NCBI GenBank assembly: GCA_963751455.1
Contig: CAVVUN010000001.1
Span: forward strand, 512,001-576,000
DNA: 64,000 nucleotides
Direction of reading: 5' to 3'
Source: Nitrospirota bacterium
GTDB lineage: Bacteria; Nitrospirota; UBA9217
Shown here one piece after another: positions 10,397-20,421 of the stretch. Both the position numbers and the translations under genes were made by a program. The notes below the pieces were generated by a model. The model did not search any database, was not told the DNA's origin, and saw only the letters and a list, made by a program, of their open reading frames with translations. The stretch's first letter is position 1, and every line of letters starts with the position of its first letter.

Positions 10397-10456
10397 GATG
10401 TGAGCTATTTCCTTTCAACGGAACTGAATCGACTATGGCCCCAGCCATACCGCAAA

Positions 10457-13400
10457 TTAGCTGCTGGAAGCCGTCCCATGATACTCCTGTAGTGATTTTA
10501 CCTGTAGATGGTTTCTCTTTATCGCAGCGATGCCGCGCACGGCTGCCTTCGCCGCGGATATTGTCGTAAAATAAGGGATGCCCTTCATAAGCGTCGTGCG
10601 CCTGATCGAGTAGGAGTCCTTTTGGGACTGGGCCCCGTGGACTGTATTAATGACGAAATCGATCTTCATGTCCGTGATCTGGTCGACGATGTGCGGCCGG
10701 CCTTCTGTCACTTTGTTCACGCTTTCAACGATGATTCCCCGCTGTCTCAGATAGTCAGCTGTGCCCTTTGTAGCCACGATCTCGAAGCCGGCCTTCTCGA
10801 GTCCCTGCGCCACTTCGAGCAGCCCGGCCTTGTCCTTGTCCTTGACGCTCAGGAACACCCGCCCGGAAACCGGCATTGGGTTCCCGGCTGCAATCTGTGA
10901 TTTCGCGAAGGACATGCCGAAATCCATGTCGATTCCCATTACTTCGCCGGTCGATTTCATTTCAGGACCAAGCAGCGTGTCAACGCCCGGGAACTTGGCA
11001 AAGGGAAATACCGCTTCCTTTACCGATATATGCTTGGTTGTGACTTCCCTGGTAAAACCAAGTTCTTGAAGCGTTTTCCCTGCCATAACGCGCGCCGCAA
11101 GTTTCGCAAGCGGCACCCCGGTCGCCTTGCTTACGAAAGGCACGGTCCGGGAGGCCCTGGGATTCACTTCGAGAACGTAGACCTGGCCTTCCTTGAACGC
11201 AAACTGTATGTTCATCAGTCCGATGACGCCGAGTTCGAGCGCGAGCGCCCGGGTCTGACGGTCAATCGTCTGGATGACGTCGGCCGGAAGAGAAAACGGA
11301 GGAAGCGAGCAGGCCGAATCGCCCGAATGCACTCCGGCTTCCTCGATGTGCTCCATGATGCCCGCAACAACAACTGTCTTTCCGTCGGATATCGCGTCCA
11401 CATCGATCTCGATCGCGTCTTCGAGATACTTGTCGACGAGTACGGGCCGTTCGGGAGAGGCTTTAACCGCGCGCGTCATGTAATTGCGGACGCTCTCCTC
11501 GTCATAGACAATTTCCATGGCGCGGCCGCCGAGCACGTAGGAAGGACGGACCATGACCGGGTACCCGATCCCGTTCGCGGCCTTGACAGCTTCGTCGCAG
11601 GACACCGCGGTCCCGCTCTCCGCCTGCAGAAGCCCCAGTTTCTCGAGCAGCTCCTTGAACCGCTTCCGGTCCTCGGCCCTGTCAATGCTGTCCGGCGTTG
11701 TTCCCAGGATCTTAACACCCGCCTGCTCCAGCGGGACCGCGAGTTTGAGCGGCGTCTGCCCCCCGAACTGCACGATCACGCCGTCCGGCCTCTCCCGGTG
11801 TATAATATGTAAAACGTCTTCGAGTGTCAAGGGTTCAAAATACAGACGGTCGGAGGTATCGTAGTCCGTGCTGACCGTCTCCGGGTTGCAGTTCACCATG
11901 ATCGTTTCGAACCCGTCTTCTTTGAGCGCGAAGGCGGCATGCACACAGCAGTAGTCGAACTCGATGCCCTGTCCGATCCTGTTCGGTCCGCCCCCAAGGA
12001 TCACGATCTTTTTGCGGTCAGTAGGATTTGCCTCACATTCGGCACGCAGGCTGAAGCCTGCGGCTACCCCTTCACGACTCCCGCCTTCCGCTTTTCCATG
12101 CGCCATGCCCTCCGCAGCATGCTCTAATTTATAGAACGGCTTCTCATACGTGGAATACAGATACGGGGTATGCGCCTCGAATTCGGCCGCGCAGGTGTCC
12201 ACGGTCTTGAACACGGGTATGATGCCCAGTTCATATCGTTTTTTACGCACTGCCTCTTCAGTGGTCGTGAACAGCTTGGCGAGCCTGCGGTCGGAAAAGC
12301 CCTGCTCCTTGGCCCTCCTGAGCATATGGTCCAGGGAAAGCGACTTGTCGGACAGTATCTGCGCTCCGTTTTCCCGAAGCTCCTTTTCACTTTCCGTAAT
12401 CTGTTTGATCTGGTGCAGGAACCAGGGGTCGATCTTCGATAGCCTGAACACCTCCTCGATCGTCATCCCCTCCCTGAACCCGTCGGCGATGTACCATATC
12501 CGCTCCCAGTTAGGAACGCTTATCTTCTGCCGGATATCGTCTATCCGCTGTTCGCCATCGCCGTCCCGGTCCCTCCGCGATTCAAAACCGTAGCGGTCTA
12601 TCTCGAGCGAGCGAAGCGCCTTCTGGAGCGCTTCCTTGAAGGTCCTGCCGATCGACATTGCCTCGCCGACCGACTTCATCTGCGTGGTGAGCGTGGCGTC
12701 CGCCTGCGGAAATTTTTCGAAGGCAAAGCGCGGGAACTTGACGACCACGTAATCGATGGTCGGCTCGAAGGAGGCCGGCGTCGCTTTCGTGATGTCGTTC
12801 GTAATCTCATCAAGCGTAAAGCCGACGGCCAGTTTCGCTGCAATCTTCGCGATCGCGAAGCCGGTTGCTTTGGAGGCGAGCGCCGAGCTGCGGGAAACGC
12901 GCGGGTTCATCTCGATAACGACCATCCTGCCGTTGTCCGGGTTCACGGCGAACTGGATGTTCGATCCCCCGGTGTCCACGCCGATCTCCCGAATGATCCT
13001 GAGAGACGCGTCGCGCATGATCTGGTATTCCTTGTCAGTCAGCGTCTGCGCCGGAGCCACGGTCACGCTGTCGCCGGTATGGACGCCCATCGGGTCGAGA
13101 TTTTCAATAGAGCAGACGATCACCACGTTGTCTTTGGTGTCGCGCATCACCTCGAGCTCGAATTCTTTCCACCCCATGACGGATTCCTCGACCAGGATCT
13201 GCCGGACAGGGCTTGCCTCGAGGCCCCGTGTGATCAGTTCGGTGAACTCCTCGCGGTTGTACGCAATACCGCCGCCTGTACCTCCCAGCGTAAAAGCAGG
13301 CCTGAGGATGGCCGGGAAGCCGACCTTCTCCAGGATTTCATACGCGTGGTCCAGGCTGGTTGCGAAACCGCTTTTCGGCACTTGCAGCCCGATGGTCTCC

Positions 13401-13807
13401 ATTGCCCGCTTGAACAGTTCACGGTCCTCGGCCTTCTTGATTGCCGGAAGCTTGGCCCCGATAAGTTCAACGTTAAATTTTTCGAGTATGCCCATTTCTG
13501 CGAGCGCCACCGCGGTATTGAGGGCAGTCTGTCCGCCCATCGTGGGAAGCACCGCGTCCGGCCGTTCGCGCTCTATGATTTTAGCCACTATCGAGGCAGT
13601 GATCGGTTCGATATAGGTGCGGTCGGCCATTTCCGGGTCGGTCATGATCGTCGCAGGGTTCGAATTCACGAGTACGATCTGGTAGCCCTCTTCCTTGAGC
13701 GCCTTGCACGCCTGCACGCCCGAATAATCGAACTCGCAGGCCTGCCCGATCACGATCGGTCCCGCGCCGATGATCAGGATCTTCTTAATGTCAGTTCTTT
13801 TTGGCAT
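10457..13807 (-). CDS. carB: Carbamoyl-phosphate synthase large subunit, with a ~30-aa repeat-derived insertion
   Basis: [30 protein letters not shown], two ATP-grasp domains, MGS domain. Confidence 0.97.
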   Translation of the reverse strand: MPKRTDIKKILIIGAGPIVIGQACEFDYSGVQACKALKEEGYQIVLVNSNPATIMTDPEMADRTYIEPITASIVAKIIERERPDAVLPTMGGQTALNTAVALAEMGILEKFNVELIGAKLPAIKKAEDRELFKRAMETIGLQVPKSGFATSLDHAYEILEKVGFPAILRPAFTLGGTGGGIAYNREEFTELITRGLEASPVRQILVEESVMGWKEFELEVMRDTKDNVVIVCSIENLDPMGVHTGDSVTVAPAQTLTDKEYQIMRDASLRIIREIGVDTGGSNIQFAVNPDNGRMVVIEMNPRVSRSSALASKATGFAIAKIAAKLAVGFTLDEITNDITKATPASFEPTIDYVVVKFPRFAFEKFPQADATLTTQMKSVGEAMSIGRTFKEALQKALRSLEIDRYGFESRRDRDGDGEQRIDDIRQKISVPNWERIWYIADGFREGMTIEEVFRLSKIDPWFLHQIKQITESEKELRENGAQILSDKSLSLDHMLRRAKEQGFSDRRLAKLFTTTEEAVRKKRYELGIIPVFKTVDTCAAEFEAHTPYLYSTYEKPFYKLEHAAEGMAHGKAEGGSREGVAAGFSLRAECEANPTDRKKIVILGGGPNRIGQGIEFDYCCVHAAFALKEDGFETIMVNCNPETVSTDYDTSDRLYFEPLTLEDVLHIIHRERPDGVIVQFGGQTPLKLAVPLEQAGVKILGTTPDSIDRAEDRKRFKELLEKLGLLQAESGTAVSCDEAVKAANGIGYPVMVRPSYVLGGRAMEIVYDEESVRNYMTRAVKASPERPVLVDKYLEDAIEIDVDAISDGKTVVVAGIMEHIEEAGVHSGDSACSLPPFSLPADVIQTIDRQTRALALELGVIGLMNIQFAFKEGQVYVLEVNPRASRTVPFVSKATGVPLAKLAARVMAGKTLQELGFTREVTTKHISVKEAVFPFAKFPGVDTLLGPEMKSTGEVMGIDMDFGMSFAKSQIAAGNPMPVSGRVFLSVKDKDKAGLLEVAQGLEKAGFEIVATKGTADYLRQRGIIVESVNKVTEGRPHIVDQITDMKIDFVINTVHGAQSQKDSYSIRRTTLMKGIPYFTTISAAKAAVRGIAAIKRNHLQVKSLQEYHGTASSS
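12044..12068 (-). repeat. GTAG-type REP inside carB coding sequence
   Basis: Minus strand GGTAGCCGCAGGCTTCAGCCTGCGT; near-identical to intergenic REPs at 20074 and 30687. Confidence 0.8.
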
Positions 13808-13874
13808 CTATTCCTTCCTGAAATTTGTTCATCAAATTTGCAATTTGCACTTTGCAATTTAAAATGCTTCAGGC

Positions 13875-14768
13875 TCAAATATCCTGCACCCATCCATTTT
13901 CTAAGCCATATTTCTGCATAGCCTGATAGGCTTCTTCATACTCTTCTTCGGTGACCCTGCGTGAAATTTCTTTCATGTCATTCGCTTTGTAAGCCGGGAA
14001 GTACTGGGACATGAGGCTGATATACACGTCTTTGGAAATTTCTTCAGAAAGAAATTTCATGATCTTTTCGGTGCCGGACAACCCGCTTGGCAGAACCAGG
14101 TGCCGAATAATGAGGCCTTGTTTCGCGACGCCTTCGTAGTCAAGTACGAGATTTCCCACCTGCCGGAACATTTCTTTTATAGCGCTGGTGTTGATCCCGG
14201 GATAATCCGGTGCAATCGAATATTTTTTAGCTGCCGCATCGTCGGAATACCGCATATCGGGAAGATAGATATCCACGATGCCGTCAAGCAGCTGAAGCGC
14301 TTCAATTGATTCGTACCCACTCGTGTTGTAAACGATCGGGAGATTAAAACCGCGCTCCCGTGCAATGCCGAGCGCCTTAAGGATCTGAGGCATGAAGTGG
14401 GTCGGCGTTACAAGGTTCAGGTTGCGGCAGCCCTGCTCCTGCAGCCACAGCATCTGGCAGGCAAGCTCTCCGGGGGTCCGTTCCACGCCGTTTCCCAGCT
14501 GGCTGATCGGGTAGTTCTGGCAATATGCGCACCGGAGATTGCAATTCGTCAAAAAGATCGTGCCGGACCCCCGCGTTCCGGAAATCGGCGGCTCCTCGCC
14601 GTGATGAGGGCTGGCGCTGGATACGATCGGGTTGAGTCCGGACCTGCAGAAACCCAGTTTATCGTTCTTTAACCGGTTCACCCCGCATTCGCGGGGGCAG
14701 ACGCGGCAGGATTCGAGGAGTTTGTAGGCAGCCTCTATCCGGTGCTGTAATTCTGTATCTGAAATCAT
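13875..14768 (-). CDS. Radical SAM protein, PflX-like
   Basis: CRVCPRECGVNR, HHGEEPPISG, CNLRCAYC, RHLVLP, SLMSQYFP. Confidence 0.85.
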   Translation of the reverse strand: MISDTELQHRIEAAYKLLESCRVCPRECGVNRLKNDKLGFCRSGLNPIVSSASPHHGEEPPISGTRGSGTIFLTNCNLRCAYCQNYPISQLGNGVERTPGELACQMLWLQEQGCRNLNLVTPTHFMPQILKALGIARERGFNLPIVYNTSGYESIEALQLLDGIVDIYLPDMRYSDDAAAKKYSIAPDYPGINTSAIKEMFRQVGNLVLDYEGVAKQGLIIRHLVLPSGLSGTEKIMKFLSEEISKDVYISLMSQYFPAYKANDMKEISRRVTEEEYEEAYQAMQKYGLENGWVQDI

Positions 14769-14800
14769 TGTTAAAAAATCAAGTAAATAATCTTTTCTTT

Positions 14801-14880
14801 GTCCACAGATTACGCAGATTCCACGGATTAAACTGAATTTACGGTTTTAAAATCTGCGCCCATCGGCGTAATCTGCGGAT
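14801..14880. repeat. Nonamer-triplet inverted repeat element
   Basis: CCACAGATT ACGCAGATT CCACGGATT ... AATCTGCG..AATCTGCGG. Confidence 0.65.
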
Positions 14881-14900
14881 AAATTTTGAAGTGCACAAAA

Positions 14901-16073
14901 TCAATTTACGACTTTCTTCACGTCTTCGCGTCTTCGTGGCGGAATCATATTCTGTTTCTTATGCTTTTCCATCATATCCACAAACCTCTGGAACAGATAC
15001 CTGCTGTCATGCGGCCCCGGCGATGCCTCCGGATGGTACTGGACCGAGAACGCGGGAAGCGTCTTATGCTGTATCCCCTCGCAGGTCTTGTCATTCAGGT
15101 TCATGTGCGTCATGGTTACCTGGTCTTTCACGGTCTCCATGTCGACCGCGAAGCCGTGGTTCTCCGCTGCGATCTCGACCTTGCGCGTGGAGAGGTCCAT
15201 GATCGGCTGGTTTCCGCCGTGATGGCCGAATTTGAGCTTGTATGTCCTGCCTCCCAGGGCAAGGCCGAAAAGCTGCTGCCCGAGACATATCCCGAAGACC
15301 GGCTTTTTTCCGAGGATCTTTTTGATATTCTCGACGGCGTATGTCACCGGCTGGGGATCGCCCGGGCCGTTCGACAGGAACACTCCGTCCGGGTCCATGG
15401 CGAGGACTTCTTCCGCAGGCATGAATGCCGGCACAACCGTTACCTCACAGCCGGCGCTGGTTAAAAGGCGAAGGATATTGCGCTTGATTCCGTAATCGTA
15501 TGCGACAACCCTATTTCGCATTAGTTTCTTTCCGCTGTATCCCGATTCGAGGTCCCAATCGCCTTGCTCCCACACATACGGTTTGCCACAGGTGACGTCT
15601 TTCACGAGATCCAGGCCGCCCATCATCGGCAGCTCTTTTGCCCGGTTCACCAGTTTGTAAAGGTCCGTATCCACGGTCGAGATGATGCCTGGTTGAGCGC
15701 CGCAGTCCCGAAGATGACGGGTAAGGGCGCGCGTATCGATCCCCTGTATGCCCACAATCCGGTTCTCAGCGAGATACTGGTGAAGCGATTTTTTCGCACG
15801 CCAGTTGCTCGGTATATCGAATTGCTCTTTCACGATGAACCCTTCGACGTATGGCCTGGCGGATTCCACGTCTTCTTCGTTTATACCGTAGTTGCCAATC
15901 TGCGTATACGTCATCGTGACAATCTGGCCCTTGTACGACGGGTCAGTCAGTATCTCCTGGTACCCGATCATGCTCGTATTGAAGACCACTTCTCCCGAAG
16001 TCTCGCCCTCAGCCCCGAACGAGTGGCCTTCGAACACCATACCGTCAGCCAGTGCAAGAAACGCTTTTTTCAT
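14901..16073 (-). CDS. carA: Carbamoyl-phosphate synthase small subunit
   Basis: [32 protein letters not shown]. Confidence 0.96.
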   Translation of the reverse strand: MKKAFLALADGMVFEGHSFGAEGETSGEVVFNTSMIGYQEILTDPSYKGQIVTMTYTQIGNYGINEEDVESARPYVEGFIVKEQFDIPSNWRAKKSLHQYLAENRIVGIQGIDTRALTRHLRDCGAQPGIISTVDTDLYKLVNRAKELPMMGGLDLVKDVTCGKPYVWEQGDWDLESGYSGKKLMRNRVVAYDYGIKRNILRLLTSAGCEVTVVPAFMPAEEVLAMDPDGVFLSNGPGDPQPVTYAVENIKKILGKKPVFGICLGQQLFGLALGGRTYKLKFGHHGGNQPIMDLSTRKVEIAAENHGFAVDMETVKDQVTMTHMNLNDKTCEGIQHKTLPAFSVQYHPEASPGPHDSRYLFQRFVDMMEKHKKQNMIPPRRREDVKKVVN

Positions 16074-16253
16074 GTTCCACCTTTATCCTTTGGACCAAGG
16101 CAACCGCGTTGCCGTCTTAATAAAACGCCATTACACCCTGCACTCGCACTTGCGCAATGCCTGGACTCATTGTCGTACCATCTCGCTGAGAAACTCGAGA
16201 CGGGAATCAAGTACCTCATAAACGCTGGGCGCAGGCGGATGGCTCGCTCCACA

Positions 16254-17138
16254 TCAAAATCTATCCCTGACCTTCCCATTCATGTCCGCCACTTCCGCGC
16301 TCACCTTGTCGCCGTCAACAGTCACGAGAATATAATGATTGAAGCCCCCGAATTCATCCAATGCGTACACCGGGGCCCCGGCGCCTCCTGTGATGACATG
16401 GTTGATGCCGTCCACGGTCTTCCTCTGATAGAAGTGTTCATGGCCTGCAAACACCGCTTTTACCCCGTTCTTCACGAACAGCGCTTCCAACCTGTCCCTG
16501 TCGCCGGGGTGCTTGTCAAGGCTCTCGCCCGCATGTCTTCCTTTACCCGGTACGGTATACATCGGATGATGGAGAAACACGAATTTGTGCTTCAGTTTAG
16601 AACTCGTGAGTAATGCCTCGAGCCATGCGTACTGTTCGCCGGAGATCTTTTTTTCCTGGCCGCTTATATATGAATCAAGAACAACTAACAGGGAATTGCC
16701 GGCTGTAAACGAATAGTACAGTTCATTCCCCGGAAGGTCCACCTGCTCCTTATACGTTTGTTCACTCGACCGCACCTCAGGATGTGCGTCATGATTCCCG
16801 ACAGTCAGAAAATACGGAACAGTAACAGCTTTTGACAATTGCCAGAAATTGTCCCAGAGCTGTACGTTACCGGGCTTTGCTATCACATCCCCTGTATTCA
16901 CGATAAAAACCGGTTTCCGCTCCATTGCCATGGCAACCAGCTTTTTATATGTGTCGTCACCCGACCGGTTGTCGCCCAGTACGACAAAAGAGAATTTCCC
17001 CTGGATATTCGCCAGTTCAGACAGCTTTTCCTTGATGTGCTGATTTTGAGCGGCCAACGATGAAGTTGGCAAAAGGAACCCGCATAACAAAGCAACAAGA
17101 ATGATTTTATTCCGAACTCCAAACTCCGAACTCCGCAC
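16254..17138 (-). CDS. Secreted calcineurin-like metallophosphoesterase
   Basis: GDNR, GD, GNHD, HHP, GHEH motifs; signal-peptide-like N-terminus; GTG at 17138 overlaps the pyrC TAG. Confidence 0.82.
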   Translation of the reverse strand: MRSSEFGVRNKIILVALLCGFLLPTSSLAAQNQHIKEKLSELANIQGKFSFVVLGDNRSGDDTYKKLVAMAMERKPVFIVNTGDVIAKPGNVQLWDNFWQLSKAVTVPYFLTVGNHDAHPEVRSSEQTYKEQVDLPGNELYYSFTAGNSLLVVLDSYISGQEKKISGEQYAWLEALLTSSKLKHKFVFLHHPMYTVPGKGRHAGESLDKHPGDRDRLEALFVKNGVKAVFAGHEHFYQRKTVDGINHVITGGAGAPVYALDEFGGFNHYILVTVDGDKVSAEVADMNGKVRDRF

Positions 17139-18398
17139 TATAATTTTCCTCTCACAATCGTCTGCACAGCTTTTCCCTTCATTTTCCACCCGTCGAATGG
17201 CGTATTTTTTGATTTTGACTTCAACGCGGAGGCTGCCACAGTCCACTGGATATCCGGATCTATGATCGTAATATCCGCATCAGCGCCCTCGGATAATGTT
17301 CCTTTATCGATCTTGAGCACTGTTGAAGGGTTCAGGTTGAGTTTTCGAACAGCATCGGCAAGCGGAAGAACGCCTTCGTCCACGAGCTTGAGAGTGAGAC
17401 CGAGGGCGGTTTCGAGTCCGACAATGCCGAAGGGCGCGAAATCGAACTCTCCTGATTTCTCGTCCATGGCATGAGGGGCATGGTCCGTGGCAATAACGTC
17501 GATGGTTCCGTCTTTGAGGCCCTGCTTGATCGCGGCCACGTCCTCCGAGGTCCGAAGGGGCGGGTTCATTTTCGCCATCGTATTGTACCCCCGCACGGCT
17601 TCCTCGGTCAAAGAAAAGTAGTGCGGGCAGGTCTCAGCGGTAACCTTTACTCCCCGCGACTTGGCGTCCCGGATCAGCCGGACCGACCCCGCGGTGCTTA
17701 CATGCGCGATATGCAGCCTGCACCCGGTAAGTTCCGCCAGAGCGATGTCTCTGCCGGTCATGACTTCCTCCGCGGCCCTCGGTATTCCGCGGAGACCCAG
17801 TTGGGTCGAGACTATTCCCTCGTTCATCACGCCGGTGCCGGAAAGCGTTTTATCCTCGCAGTGCGAGACGAGCACCATGTCGAATATCTTGGAGTACTCC
17901 ATGGCACGCCTCATGATCCCTGCGGTCATGACCGGCCTGCCGTCGTCCGAAACAGCGCAGCAGCCTGCCTGGCGAAGCTCTGCCATCTCGCTCAGTTCTT
18001 CGCCCTTGGAGCCTTTCGTTATCGCTCCTATCGGTAAAACGCGTGCAGCTGCGTTCTTTGCCTGCGAAAGAATGAATTCAGTGACAGAACGATTGTCGTT
18101 TACCGGGTCCGTGTTCGGCATGCAGCAGACGGTAGTGAAGCCGCCTGCCTTTGCCGCGGCTGTTCCGGTTTCGATCGTTTCCTTGTACTCGAATCCCGGT
18201 TCCCGCAGATGCACATGCATATCGATCAGCCCGGGTACGACCAGTTTAGCGGAGGCATCGATCACCTGCGCACCGTTGGCTGATATCGAACCCTGTCTTG
18301 CCGACTTTCGCGATCCTTCCGTCGGAAACAAGGATATCGAGTTTGGCGTCAAGATTGTTGGCCGGGTCGATGATGTGACCGTTTTTAATTAAAATCAT
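17138..18398 (-). CDS. pyrC: Dihydroorotase, with a +1 frameshift near 18295 (error or pseudogene)
   Basis: N-terminus [29 protein letters not shown] from ATG 18398 is out of frame with [14 protein letters not shown]...ATDHAPH. Confidence 0.88.
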
Positions 18399-18412
18399 AA
18401 GGACCTTTTTTT

Positions 18413-18463
18413 GCCCCCTCACCTTTGTCCTCTCCCCGGAGGGGAGAGGGTAGGGTGAGGGGG
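18413..18463. repeat. CCCCTCACC..CCTCTCCCC..GGGGAGAGGG palindromic REP-like element
   Basis: Hairpin seen directly between pyrB and pyrC. Confidence 0.6.
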
Positions 18464-18469
18464 AATTAA

Positions 18470-19400
18470 TTACGCTTCCGGCTTACCGCCGCCTGACAGC
18501 AGGAACATGACCGCCATACGGACCGCCACCCCGTTAGTCACCTGGTCCAGGATCACGGCGTACTGTCTGCCACTTCTGAAGATATTTCAACTCCGCGATT
18601 CATGGGTCCGGGATGCATAACCATCGCGTTCGTGCTCCGGCTCTTTCAAGCCGTGCTTTGTTCAATCCGTATAGTCTGGCATATTCCCGGACTCCCGGGA
18701 AGAGTCCGGCAGCCTGGCGCTCGAGCTGCAGCCGCAGCATCATTACAGCATCAACGCCCTCGACAGCTTTGTCCATGTCGTAATAAACCTGAGCTCCCAT
18801 GCTCTCGATACCCGGAGGTATCATCGTCGGGGGACCGCATACCCGGACCTTGGCGCCCATGATGCCGAGCCCGTAGATATTCGAGCGGGCCACCCGGCTG
18901 TGCGCAATGTCCCCGACGATGGCGACGGTAAGCCCTTTAAGCTTTCCGAACTTTTCCCGTATCGTGAACATGTCGAGCAGGGCCTGGGTCGGATGTTCAT
19001 GGAAACCGTCCCCTGCATTGATCACTGAACTCTTCAGCCGCTTTGACAGGAATTCCGGGGCGCCCGAGCAGGCGTGACGCACTATGATAATATTGCACTT
19101 CATCGCCTCGATGTTGCGCGCGGTGTCCAGAAGCGTCTCACCCTTGACAACGCTGCTGGTCGAGGTAGAGATATTGATCACGTCCGCGGACAGCCTCTTT
19201 CCAGCGAGTTCGAACGAGGTGCGCGTCCTGGTGCTCGCCTCATAGAACAGGTTGATGACGGTCTTGCCGCGAAGAGCAGGAACTTTTTTGATGTCCCGCT
19301 CGGACACGTCCTTGAAAGTCCCGGCCGTATCAAGCAGGAGCTTGATCTCGTCCGGACTCATGCCTTGTATGCCGAGCAGATCTTTGGAACTGAGGGTCAT
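18470..19400 (-). CDS. pyrB: Aspartate carbamoyltransferase catalytic subunit, with two frameshifts near 18635 and 18565
   Basis: STRTRTSFE and HPTQALLD; the C-terminal motifs [12 protein letters not shown] and [12 protein letters not shown] lie in two other frames, ending TAA at 18470. Confidence 0.88.
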
Positions 19401-19500
19401 TTTTGTCCTAACCCGCATGGAGCATGGCGCTAAGCGCATAGCGTTGCTTTTTGCTTTTTCGCTATGCCCTATGCGCTTTGCGCTATGCGTAGTCTCTTCA

Positions 19501-20043
19501 TCATTCTCCCAGGATCACTACCTTCTCTTCCGAACCGTCGTCTGCCAGCATTACTTCCACTTTTTCCCTGATCGAAGTAGGGAGGTTCTTTCCCACATAA
19601 TCAGCCCGGATCGGGAGTTCCCTGTGCCCGCGGTCTACGAGCACCGCGAGCTGAATGCGGCGCGGCCTGCCGTAGTCCATTACGCTGTTCAAGGCGGCCC
19701 TGATGGTTCTGCCCGTAAAAATAACATCGTCTACCAGGACCATGATCTTGTCCTGGATATCGAACGTGATGTCGGTTTCCTTGGGGACAGGCTGCGATTT
19801 TCGCGTTGCCAGGTCATCCCGGTACATCGTGATGTCAAGGCTTCCGATCGGAGGTTCGAAGCCTTCGATTTCCTTTATTTTCGACGCAAGCCGCTTTGCC
19901 AGGTTAACGCCGCCCCGCTGGATGCCGACCAGAACGAGCGACTTTGCGCCCTTGTTCTTTTCCAGGATCTCATGCGCGATCCTGGTCATGGCCCGGTCGA
20001 TTCCGGCCTTATCGAGTATCAATGCTTTTTCTTTTAAGCTCAT
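19501..20043 (-). CDS. pyrR: Bifunctional pyr operon attenuator / uracil phosphoribosyltransferase
   Basis: [45 protein letters not shown]. Confidence 0.96.
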   Translation of the reverse strand: MSLKEKALILDKAGIDRAMTRIAHEILEKNKGAKSLVLVGIQRGGVNLAKRLASKIKEIEGFEPPIGSLDITMYRDDLATRKSQPVPKETDITFDIQDKIMVLVDDVIFTGRTIRAALNSVMDYGRPRRIQLAVLVDRGHRELPIRADYVGKNLPTSIREKVEVMLADDGSEEKVVILGE

Positions 20044-20073
20044 AGAGAAACTCCGGTTAGGCCGCTAGCTAGG

Positions 20074-20141
20074 GTAGCCGCAAGCTTCAGCTTGCGTGTT
20101 CAATTTCGGCAGTTCTTCGCTAGGCTAAAGCCTGCGGCTAC
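20074..20141. repeat. Inverted GTAG-REP doublet (REPIN-like)
   Basis: GTAGCCGCAAGCTTCAGCTTGCG ... GGCTAAAGCCTGCGGCTAC. Confidence 0.75.
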
Positions 20142-20187
20142 CATTTAGTGATTTACTTGCGTTCATGTCTTCCTGGATTCTGGAAAA

Positions 20188-20224
20188 GACAAAAAAAAAC
20201 CTTCTCCCGGTGCGGGAAGAAGGT
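20188..20224 (-). terminator. Intrinsic terminator of the pyr leader
   Basis: Minus strand ACCTTCTTCCCGCACCGGGAGAAGG followed by a T-run. Confidence 0.8.
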
Positions 20225-20274
20225 CGCGCGTGCATGCATCAAGCGTTATTCCGCTTTTATGTTTTTTCATGTAC

Positions 20275-20312
20275 AACCCTTCCTGGCCTCTCGGGACCAG
20301 ACTTAAAGAGGA
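20275..20312 (-). ncRNA. PyrR binding site (cis-regulatory RNA)
   Basis: Minus strand CCTCTTTAAGTCTGGTCCCGAGAGGCCAGGAAGGG matches the CUUUAA..GUCCnGnGAGGC PyrR binding loop, upstream of the terminator and pyrR. Confidence 0.85.
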
Positions 20313-20326
20313 TTTCTTACGGGGTT

Positions 20327-20355
20327 AAAATACATCAAGTCGCAGAAACTGTCAA
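20327..20355 (-). promoter_or_regulatory. Sigma70 promoter of the pyr operon
   Basis: TTGACA-17 bp-TATTTT just upstream of the PyrR site. Confidence 0.7.
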
Positions 20356-20421
20356 GAAGTTTTTGTCGTCATTCGTCCCTCATCCCTCAGAGATTCATCG
20401 CCTTTACGTCCCCTCCGGTTC

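Noticed and set aside
18290-18640. Programmed frameshifting in pyrB or pyrC
   Set aside because: No slippery heptamers at the breaks; error or mutation is simpler
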